Shown here piece by piece: positions 15,900-23,525 of a stretch of 32,000 nucleotides of DNA. The notes under the pieces are model-generated. The model worked only from the letters and a program-made list of their open reading frames with translations. It searched no databases and was not told where the DNA came from. The stretch's first letter is position 1. Every line of letters starts with the position of its first letter. Position numbers and translations under genes: made by a program. The stretch is from Micrococcus luteus NCTC 2665 (GTDB lineage Bacteria > Actinomycetota > Actinomycetes > Actinomycetales > Micrococcaceae), in NCBI RefSeq assembly GCF_000023205.1, contig NC_012803.1:2100001-2132000 (forward strand), in the 5' to 3' direction.

Positions 15900-16914
15900 C
15901 ACCGGATCCGCAGCACCTGGCCGGGGTGGAGGACTGTGCTCAGCGTGGGCCCGTTCAGGCTGAGCAGCTGAGCGAGCGGCACGCCGGTGGCGCGGGAGAT
16001 CGCGGACCAGCCGCCCGGGACGGCGTAGGCCACCGCGATCCCGCTCAGCGTCTGCCCCGCCTGGACGGTCACGGTCCGGGCGCCGGTGGCGCGGTCCGCC
16101 GCGAGGCGCACCAGCTGCGCGTCGACGCTCAGGCCCTGGGCGCGGGGGTGGATCCGGTCCGCGCGGAAGTCGGTGACGTACCGCGAGGCCGCCTCCCAGT
16201 CCGTCACCGCCACCCGGCCCGGGTAGCGGGCAGCGAGGTCGCGCATGGCCTGCTCAGTGAAGGCCCTCCAGGCGACCGGCCCGGACGCGGTGACCAGCAC
16301 GAGCTCCCGATCCGGGCCGACCAGGTCCATGGCCTGGCGGGCCTGGGCGGCGGCCGTGCCGCCGGTGTTCACGCCCAGACCGAGCACGACGATGTCCCTC
16401 AGCCGGCCGGCGGCCTTGAGCTGCCCGAGGCGGGTGAGGCCCTCGGCGAAGGTGCGGTCCTCCTTAGCGTCCACGGTGATCCCCGGCATCTCCAGGTTCA
16501 TCAGCGAGGTGGATCCCAGTGCGCTCGAGTCCCCGACGACGGTCACGCGTGGCCCCTGCGCCGAGACCGGCATGGGGCCGGAGTAGGTGGTCCCGGTCCG
16601 TGCGGTGGCCGCCGTGTGGATGGAGGAGGCCGGAACCACGATCGCCTGCCCCGCGGCGGAGGGGCATCGTGGACGTGGCACCGTTGGCGGCCAGCAGGCC
16701 GGCGAGCGTCACGCCCAGGCGCGGGGCCTGGAACGCCCACGTGTCCCCTGCCTCGGCCAGATAGGTGCCGGTGCGCAGGCCGTGGAGGCGGTCACCACCG
16801 TAGACGTGGGCTCGGGGGTCGTGACGGCGGCGGCCGGCGTGGCCGTCAGGCGCCGGCGAGGAGCGAGGCCAGCGCGCGGACGGCGAGGAGACGGACAGGG
16901 CGGCGAACGGTCAT
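15900..16914 (-). pseudogene. Secreted LysM - SGNH(OatA-type) - LysM protein gene, disrupted by at least 2 frame breaks and lacking an in-frame stop after the last domain
   Basis: Signal peptide MTVRRPVRLLAVRALASLLAGA starts at 16914 and then hits TGA. LysM-1 (TYLAEAGDTWAFQAPRLGVTLAGLLAANGATSTMPL) is in a second frame. Its end (AGQAIVVPA), the SGNH-like domain (VTVVGDSS...VVLGLGVNT...VTDWE...DRIHP) and LysM-2 (TVTVQAGQTLSGIA...LNGPTLSTVLHPGQVLRIR) are in a third frame (ORF 15620..16681). Confidence 0.6.
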
Positions 16915-16965
16915 GGTCGTGTTCTCGCTGACGAGGCCGCGATCCGACGCGAGTGTAGGGCGGGC

Positions 16966-18207
16966 TCACGATCGCGCGGCCGCCACCGCCTGGGGCCATC
17001 CGCCGAACCGGGTGGCCACGGTGATGTAGCTGGGCGCTCCATTGGCGGCCTGCCAGGACGTGTAGAGCGTGCTGGAACTCGACCCGGTCTCAGTCAGGAA
17101 ACGCCGCATCCACTCGGTGAGCTGCTCGTCGCTGTACCCGGTGTTCTTCCTGGCGTTGGGCAGTCCCCCGGCGGCGGCCACCAGGTCGCCCCACTGCAGA
17201 CCCGCGCGGCGCTGCAGGGTGGTCGCGCTGGGGCACCGGTGCTCCTTGGCCCACGCCGAGTACCGTCCCGACGACAGCGTCGGCCCGAGGTCTTCGATGG
17301 CCCGCCGCACGACATCGATTGCCGACGCGGCGTCGTCGCCCTCGTCGGTCTTGGCCTTCCACTGCCGCCGCTCGAAGACCCCACCGGTCACCCCAGGGAT
17401 GAGCTCCCGGGTGGCGGCCATGCGCAGAGCCGTGTGGCGGAGGTTCTCGAAGGACACGTCCAGACGGTTGCGGATCAACGCATCCGACGGCATGCCCTCC
17501 CGCTCTTGAAGCCACGCCACGAACTCGAGATGGGTGACGGGGCCGTCCGGTGCCGAGAATGCCTCCACGGCCGCAGCCCACAGATCGTCGGTCGTGTATC
17601 TGGACTCCCGTGGCACCGGTTCCGCCTGACGGATTCCAGCGGCGGCGAGTGCTGCGTTCCACCGACCGAACCGGATGGCGACGGTCTGGTGCCCGGGGAC
17701 TCCCCGAGTCCTGGCCCACGCCGTATAGCCGGCCGCCGTCGTCTGCCCGGTCTCGGCGTGGAATTGCCGCAGGAGGTCGAGCAGTTCCTCCTCCGTGGCT
17801 CGCATCGCCGTGGTCCGGCGCCGCGGGTTGGCGCGGTGCAGGTCCGCGCGCTTGCCGAGCAGCTCAGCAACCTGTTCCTCAGCGACACCGAATTTACGGG
17901 CGGCCACCTCCAGACCCACCCCGCGGTTCGACTCAGACCACGCTCGCAGGCCGGCCCGGAGCAAGCTGCGCTCCTCCTGCGCGACAATCCTCCGGTACTC
18001 CTTCAGCTCCGGGACCGTAACCTCGGACTTCCCGTTGATGATCTGCCGGACCGCCTCGCGGGTGACACCCCATTTCTTCCCGATTGCGTCCAGCGTGGCG
18101 CCGCGGGCATAGTCCACGACCATGCTGGTGGTCCGGTCCACCGGAGCGACGTCGCTCCGTCTCACCAGCCCCTCGATCAGACGGCGGCGTGCGGTCGGGA
18201 GGGTCAC
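16966..18207 (-). CDS. HTH protein with four homing-endonuclease-associated (HNH_repeat-type) repeats, no nuclease domain
   Basis: 413 aa. GTG start overlaps the stop of the upstream DUF262/DUF1524 gene (GTGA). Two HTH-like segments (ATLDAIGKKWGVTREAVRQIINGK and GLEVAARKFGVAEEQVAELLGKR). Four ~60-aa repeats end in Y..WA....P...T....FG.W..A...AG (for example YTAWARTRGVPGHQTVAIRFGRWNAALAAAG and YTSWQAANGAPSYITVATRFGGWPQAVAAA). Confidence 0.7.
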   Translation of the reverse strand: MTLPTARRRLIEGLVRRSDVAPVDRTTSMVVDYARGATLDAIGKKWGVTREAVRQIINGKSEVTVPELKEYRRIVAQEERSLLRAGLRAWSESNRGVGLEVAARKFGVAEEQVAELLGKRADLHRANPRRRTTAMRATEEELLDLLRQFHAETGQTTAAGYTAWARTRGVPGHQTVAIRFGRWNAALAAAGIRQAEPVPRESRYTTDDLWAAAVEAFSAPDGPVTHLEFVAWLQEREGMPSDALIRNRLDVSFENLRHTALRMAATRELIPGVTGGVFERRQWKAKTDEGDDAASAIDVVRRAIEDLGPTLSSGRYSAWAKEHRCPSATTLQRRAGLQWGDLVAAAGGLPNARKNTGYSDEQLTEWMRRFLTETGSSSSTLYTSWQAANGAPSYITVATRFGGWPQAVAAARS

Positions 18208-19976
18208 AGCGCGAACCTCTCGAGGGCGCGTTCCACGAGACGGGCCGTCCGCGCCTCGATGTCAGCCGAGGTCCACGTCTCCTTCTCGGCGAGCTCGGCG
18301 TTCAGCGCGAGTCCGTTCCGGTATCCGATGGCCCGCCCTTGCTGGTCGGTACGGTCTCGCTTCCGCTGGAAGGACTGGTTGCCGAGGGTGGAGTTGAAGC
18401 CGGTGATGGTGAGGTTGCCGAGCGTGTGCACGAACCGGCTCTGGGCCTCCGCCGCCGCCTCCGGTCCGCCCAGCGCGTCCACCCATTCCTGCGGGAGGTT
18501 CTCCCCCTGGGGGAGGATGTGCTCAATCGTCCAGACGAACGTCTTGCCGGACTGCGCCCACAGGTCCACCCGGGTCTCCTTGGTCATCGCGTCTTCGGCC
18601 AGCGCGGCCAGCAGGAAGCGGGTCACATCACGGTTCTCCTCGTACACGGGGCCCTCGAGCCGCTCACGGAAGGTCGCATCGCTGGCCGAGGCGGCCACGA
18701 GTGACCCGCGCACGATGGAGGGCAGCTGATCGGGCTCGCTGCCGGCCACCTCGTCGATCACGTCCATGAACAGGCGCGGCAGCGCGTAGGTCGCCGGGAA
18801 GCCGGTCAGGTTGCGTCGCACGAAGAAGCTGACCAGCAGGCGGGCGACGGCGGCCAGATCCTCTTCACTCCAGCCCGCCTTCTCCTGGCGCACCATCAGC
18901 CACATCATCAGCACGTAGGAGGGAGCAGCCTGGGCACGGCGCAGGGCGGCCAGCTCCCGGTCGAGGCTGGTCGGCGCCTCCACGTCCCCGACGCCCGCGA
19001 TGCGCCCGTACACCTGGGCGGCACGCTCCAAGGAGCGCACAGTCCCCTCGAGGTCCTGGTCCAGGAGGGACTCGTAGATGCGGATGAGGTTCTTCTTGGT
19101 GGCGACGGGCGCCAGCTTGACCGGGGGCAGGTCACCGCGGAAGGCGTTGTAGAAGTGGCGGAGGAACCGTTCATGAGTGGCATAGGAGTCCCCGAGATGG
19201 GCGAGGGTTTCGTTCCACAGCTCGAAGGCCTCCTCGACCTCCATCCCTGCCTTCTGCTCCGCCCCCGCCAGGAAGCTGTTCTTGATCAGGTCCACCGGGG
19301 TCAAGGGGACACCGCGGTTGTTGAGCGACTCGAAGAGCACGAACGCGTCGGCCGCGCTGGAAACCTCGATGTTCACGATCAGCGCGCGCCGGGCGGCGGC
19401 CAGGACGGAAAGCGCCGTCGCGCTCACCGGCTCCCCGCGTTCCTCGGCGAGCTCGGTGATGGCTGCGCGGAAGAACCAGAACGCCTTGGCCACTTTCCGG
19501 GAGGGGTAATACGCCTTCTTCTCGGACTTCACCGGCAGGCCGGCATCCTCGAGCATCGCGTGGTAGTCGGCGCGGTTGGCGCCCTGGACCTGAGGGGTCA
19601 GTCGGGGCGCCTTCTCCTCGTCCCGGACGAGCTCACGGCGCAGCGTCATCACCTCGAAGTGAGCGTCCTCGTCCAAGTCCTCGGCGTCCTTCAGGTGCGA
19701 GTGGACGGCCGCCAGCAGGATGGTCAGGGTGGTCAGGCGCTGCTGGCCGTCGATGACCTCCAGAACGGGGCCACTGAGGGAATCCTTGGTCCGGCTGAGG
19801 GTGATGATGGTCCCCAGGAAGTGCTCGTGGTCCGACTCCACCAGGTCGGCGAAGAGCGACTCCCACTGCGCACGGTGCCAGGAGTATTCGCGCTGGTAAG
19901 GCGGGACGACGTAGTGGGCCTTCATGTGGCTGCTGAACAGCTCATGCACGTGGCGAGCCTTGGCGGAGTTGATCAT
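18204..19976 (-). CDS. GmrSD-like DUF262/DUF1524 protein (putative type IV, modification-dependent, restriction endonuclease)
   Basis: Start at MINSAKARHV (aa 204 of track ORF 18204..20585) with AAGGGA upstream. DUF262 motifs YQREYSW and EVIDGQQRLTTLTILL. C-terminal DUF1524 His-Me finger region WTIEHILPQ ... HTLGNLTITGFNSTLGNQSFQRKRD. Confidence 0.8.
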   Translation of the reverse strand: MINSAKARHVHELFSSHMKAHYVVPPYQREYSWHRAQWESLFADLVESDHEHFLGTIITLSRTKDSLSGPVLEVIDGQQRLTTLTILLAAVHSHLKDAEDLDEDAHFEVMTLRRELVRDEEKAPRLTPQVQGANRADYHAMLEDAGLPVKSEKKAYYPSRKVAKAFWFFRAAITELAEERGEPVSATALSVLAAARRALIVNIEVSSAADAFVLFESLNNRGVPLTPVDLIKNSFLAGAEQKAGMEVEEAFELWNETLAHLGDSYATHERFLRHFYNAFRGDLPPVKLAPVATKKNLIRIYESLLDQDLEGTVRSLERAAQVYGRIAGVGDVEAPTSLDRELAALRRAQAAPSYVLMMWLMVRQEKAGWSEEDLAAVARLLVSFFVRRNLTGFPATYALPRLFMDVIDEVAGSEPDQLPSIVRGSLVAASASDATFRERLEGPVYEENRDVTRFLLAALAEDAMTKETRVDLWAQSGKTFVWTIEHILPQGENLPQEWVDALGGPEAAAEAQSRFVHTLGNLTITGFNSTLGNQSFQRKRDRTDQQGRAIGYRNGLALNAELAEKETWTSADIEARTARLVERALERFAL

Positions 19977-20120
19977 GCTGTGGATCCCTTGTGACGGTGG
20001 CCACGTCAAGCGGGTGCGGTGTCCTCCCTTCCTGGTCAGTCGCCCCTTAGGATCGAGAGGCTGACCACGCCCGGCCGATGCCTCAAGCGGGCGCCGCCCC
20101 CTCACCGGAGAGGAGACCCC

Positions 20121-21057
20121 ATGCCGTTGCCGGATTCCCGCTGGCATGCGGTCTCGCCGTCCCCGTTCGAGCATGAGCAGCAGGGCCTGGACATCCTCCG
20201 CCAGATCCTCCCGGACGAGTCCCCCTTCCACGTGTGGACCAACTTCGAGTTCCCGGACGAGGACGGCCAGTGGCATGAGGTGGACGCGCTCGTCCTGGCA
20301 CGCACTCAGCTGATCCTGCTGGAGCTGAAGTACTACTCCGGCACGCTCACGGGCACGGGCCTGCGCTGGGAACGCCCGGGCCACGCCCCGCAGCGATCCC
20401 CCCTGGCCGGCGCCAAGAAGAAGGCGGAACGGTTCCGGAGCCTCCTGGAGCGCACCCTCAAGGCCGCCGAGCCGGGGGCGGCGCGCCAGCGCATCATCCC
20501 GTACGTGGACTACGCGGTGTTCCTCCACCACCCTCGGTTCCGCAACGCGATGGCGCCGACGGACTCCGGCCGGCGTCGTCCTCACCGGTCGCGCGCAGGA
20601 CGCGCTGGCCGACCACCGCGAAGCCGAGGGGTATACGGCGGCCGCAGATCACACGGTCCTCGCATCGACCGCCGACGACCTCCGCTGGTGGACGTGGGGA
20701 GGCGCGGGGGCCAACGCGCTCCTGGTCGCCGCGCTCGAGCAGGTTGCACCGGAGCTGCTGGGCGAAAAGCTCCGATTCGACAACTTCTCCCTCAGGTTGC
20801 GCGGCGACGTCGATGCGGCATCGCTCGGAAGAGCCCTGCGCCAGGCGACGTCGAATTTCGGAGGTGACCTGGCCGGCGTCGACCCGCTAGTCGATGACGC
20901 CGCGGTACGGGGTCTGAAGTTCCACGAGATGCTGCCCTTGGACCTCGCCCGCGCGACACTGGCGGCGCGGCTGGCCGACCATACTGGCGTCGCTCGGGTG
21001 CTGGAACGCCCCGTCCAGATGTTGCGCACCGCAGAGGACGGAAGGATGTGGGGATGA
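20121..21057 (+). pseudogene. NERD-domain protein with a +1 frame switch near 20570 (frameshifted gene or assembly indel)
   Basis: SD GGAGAGGAG. The N-terminal 150 aa are NERD-like (FEHEQQGLDILRQIL...VWTNFEF...GQWHEVDALVLARTQLILLELKYYSG). After ...APTDSG the frame turns Arg-rich with low GC3. The +1 frame carries high-GC3 protein-like sequence (GVVLTGRAQDAL...LRWWTWGGAGANALLVAALEQV...) to the TGA at 21055-21057, with no start codon of its own before 20797. Confidence 0.6.
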
Positions 21058-21058
21058 G

Positions 21059-21379
21059 ATGAACAAACACGACGAGACCCTGGCCCAGCTGCGCGAGTTC
21101 GTCGCCGAACGTGACTGGGCCCGGTTCCACACCCCGGCCAGCCTCGCCAAGTCCATCAGCATCGAGGCCGCAGAGCTGCTCGAGCACTTCCAGTGGACGG
21201 AGGACGGCGCGGACATGGCTGAGGTGCAGGACGAGCTGGCGGACGTGCTGACCTACGCGTTCATGTTCGCGGACCAGATGGGCTGGGACGTGGATGAGAT
21301 CATCCAGGCCAAGCTGGTGAAGACGCGGGTCAAGCACCCGGTGCCGACAGGCGGGGACGAGGAGGCGACGTCGTCATGA
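21059..21379 (+). CDS. MazG-like nucleotide pyrophosphohydrolase (small all-alpha NTP-PPase)
   Basis: 106 aa. LREFVAERDWARFHTPASLAKSISIEAAELLEHFQW ... DELADVLTYAFMFADQMGWDVDEII.AKL matches the MazG-like / dCTP-pyrophosphatase-like pattern (EF..eR.W..fH.P..La..i..Ea.EL.E.FqW ... E.aDvl.Y). The ATG lies 1 nt after the upstream stop. Confidence 0.8.
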   Translation: MNKHDETLAQLREFVAERDWARFHTPASLAKSISIEAAELLEHFQWTEDGADMAEVQDELADVLTYAFMFADQMGWDVDEIIQAKLVKTRVKHPVPTGGDEEATSS

Positions 21380-23328
21380 CCGACCACAACCCCGGGTACA
21401 CACTGGAACGCCTGCCGTTCAAGGGCGCCCTTCCCCCCGAGCAGGAGAAGAACGCGCGCATGCGGGACTGGCCCGCCGTGTACGTGATCGACAATGAGAA
21501 GCAGGTCTACGTCGGCGAGACGACGAATGTCGTCGCCCGACGAGGACAGCACCACATGGACCCGCGCAAGGCTCGCCTGACGACGATGCGCGTGGTGCTT
21601 CATGACGAGTTCAACAAGTCCGCCGCCCTGGACCTGGAGCGCTACCTCATCCAGATGCTCAGCGGCGACGGCGCCCGCGAGGTCCTGAACCGCAACGCCG
21701 GCATGACGGAGTCGGACTACTACGACCGCACGCGCTACCAGGAGATGTTCGCTGCCATCTTCGAGCGGCTGCGGGCAGAGAAGGTGTTCAGCCGCTCCCG
21801 CGAGCAGATCCTCAACAGCACCCTGTTCAAGCTCTCGCCCTTCAAGGTGCTCACGCCGGAGCAGGAGGCATCGCTGCGGCACATCATCCAGCTGCTCGTC
21901 GCCGATGACGACGTCGATCGCGGCCCGCTCGTCATTCAGGGCGGCCCCGGCACCGGCAAGACGGTGGTGGGCGTGTTCCTGGCGAAACTGCTCGTGGACC
22001 TCGCGAACCTCACGGAGGAGGACGTCGAGGTGGACCTCAGCTCCGACCACGACTTCTTCGACCTGTTCACCCACGCCAACCGGAACGCCCTGCTGCGCAG
22101 CACCGAGGGCCGTGGTCTGCGCATCGGGATCGTCGTACCGCAGCAGTCCCTCCGCCAGTCCCTCAAGCGTGTCTTCCGCCGGACGCCGGGGCTGCACCCG
22201 TCCATGGTGCTGTCCGTGTGGAACGTCGGAGACGCCGAGGAGCGCTACGACATCCTGATCGTTGACGAGGCCCACCGCCTCGGTCTGCGCTCGGCGCAGT
22301 CCAACGGCAGTTTGAACAACAAGTACACGGCCATCAACCAGCGCCTCTTCGGCGACGACGACGTCTCCCACACCCAGCTCGACTGGATCACCCAGCAGGC
22401 CAGGGACGTCGTCCTGCTCGTGGACCCGCGCCAGACGGTGCGTCCGGCCGACCTCGACGCCGCGACGATGGACGCCCTCCTCGCGCGGGCGCACGCCGAA
22501 CACCGTCACCACGCGCTGGTGTCACAGCTCCGCGTCAAGGCGTCCGACTCGTACGTCGACTTCTTCGGCAAGCTCCTCCGGGGCGAGCACCCTCCGGCCC
22601 CGGACCTGGGCGAGTACGACCTGCGCTTGTTCACGGACTTCGGCGCGATGCGCGAGGCGATCCGTGCGCGCGACACCGAGTTCACCCTCGCCCGTCTTGC
22701 CGCCGGGTTTGCTTGGAAGTGGCAGAGCAAGGGCTTCCGCAAGGATCCGTCGAAGCCGGACTGGGACATCGAGCTCGACGGGGTACGGATGCCGTGGAAC
22801 GTCGCCGACACCGACTGGGTCGACTCCCCCGGCTCACTCGACGAGATCGGCTCCATCCACACCCTCCAGGGGTATGACCTCAACTACGCCGGCGTCGTCA
22901 TCGGTCCGGACCTGCAGTGGGACGACACGGCCCAGCGGGTGGTCTTCTCCCGTGCCGACTATGCGGACACGGGCGGCAAGAAGAACAACGGCTACCTCAG
23001 CCGCACCTACTCGGACGAGGACCTGCGCGAGTACGTCATCAACATCTACAACGTGCTCCTGACCCGCGGCGTCCGCGGGACCTACCTGTACGTGGTGGAC
23101 CCCGACCTGCACGAGCAGTTCGCCCGCTGGTTCCCGGGCATCGACGAACCCGACGTGACGTCAGCGCCCTTCGGCGTCCCTCCGGGTGGCCGCCCGGGCG
23201 AGGTCCTGCGCGCCGTCGATGTCGGCTACACGGCGGAGGCCGAGTTCATCGCCTCGACGGACGACCTCGAGCAGGCCCGTCGTCGTGCTGAGGAACTCCG
23301 CCGTTCCCGGAAGCGGACCCGGGAGTGA
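21376..23328 (+). CDS. GIY-YIG-like nuclease domain fused to a DUF2075 (Schlafen-type SF1) helicase/ATPase (COG3410 architecture)
   Basis: 650 aa. ATGA overlap with the MazG-like stop. N-terminus VYVIDNEKQVYVGETTNVVARRGQH...LERYL...NRNAG resembles GIY-YIG. Walker A QGGPGTGKT and Walker B ILIVDEAHRL. C-terminal IHTLQGYDLNYAGVVIG and NVLLTRGVRGTYLYVVD are typical of DUF2075. Confidence 0.8.
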   Translation: MTDHNPGYTLERLPFKGALPPEQEKNARMRDWPAVYVIDNEKQVYVGETTNVVARRGQHHMDPRKARLTTMRVVLHDEFNKSAALDLERYLIQMLSGDGAREVLNRNAGMTESDYYDRTRYQEMFAAIFERLRAEKVFSRSREQILNSTLFKLSPFKVLTPEQEASLRHIIQLLVADDDVDRGPLVIQGGPGTGKTVVGVFLAKLLVDLANLTEEDVEVDLSSDHDFFDLFTHANRNALLRSTEGRGLRIGIVVPQQSLRQSLKRVFRRTPGLHPSMVLSVWNVGDAEERYDILIVDEAHRLGLRSAQSNGSLNNKYTAINQRLFGDDDVSHTQLDWITQQARDVVLLVDPRQTVRPADLDAATMDALLARAHAEHRHHALVSQLRVKASDSYVDFFGKLLRGEHPPAPDLGEYDLRLFTDFGAMREAIRARDTEFTLARLAAGFAWKWQSKGFRKDPSKPDWDIELDGVRMPWNVADTDWVDSPGSLDEIGSIHTLQGYDLNYAGVVIGPDLQWDDTAQRVVFSRADYADTGGKKNNGYLSRTYSDEDLREYVINIYNVLLTRGVRGTYLYVVDPDLHEQFARWFPGIDEPDVTSAPFGVPPGGRPGEVLRAVDVGYTAEAEFIASTDDLEQARRRAEELRRSRKRTRE

Positions 23329-23350
23329 CAGCCCCTACCCTCGGGAATCT

Positions 23351-23409
23351 TCTGCGCACCTGACCCTTCTGACCCGGCCACGGCCGCCGAGAAGGGTCAG
23401 ATGCGCAGA
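23351..23409. terminator. Long hairpin (20-bp stem, 19-nt loop) right after the DUF2075 gene
   Basis: TCTGCGCACCTGACCCTTCT (23351-23370) pairs with AGAAGGGTCAGATGCGCAGA (23390-23409) with one mismatch. It starts 23 nt after the stop at 23328. Confidence 0.45.
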
Positions 23410-23525
23410 CGATCCCTGACACACGGCACCACCGCCCCCCCACGCGGCAAATACACAACACTTGCCTTGCGTATCTCACTGAGGTGTGCCTTACTGGTTC
23501 TCGGACCCCCGCCGGAAGGACCCCC

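Noticed and set aside
19977-20585. 203-aa N-terminal extension of the DUF262/DUF1524 ORF (track ORF 18204..20585).
   Set aside because: The extension is low-complexity and lies antisense to the NERD gene. The DUF262 domain begins right after the internal Met at 19976, which has its own SD-like AAGGGA.
20571-20867. Arg-rich C-terminal tail of track ORF 20019..20867 as the genuine end of the NERD protein.
   Set aside because: Third positions become A/T-rich in this frame, while the +1 frame shows coding-type GC3 and composition.
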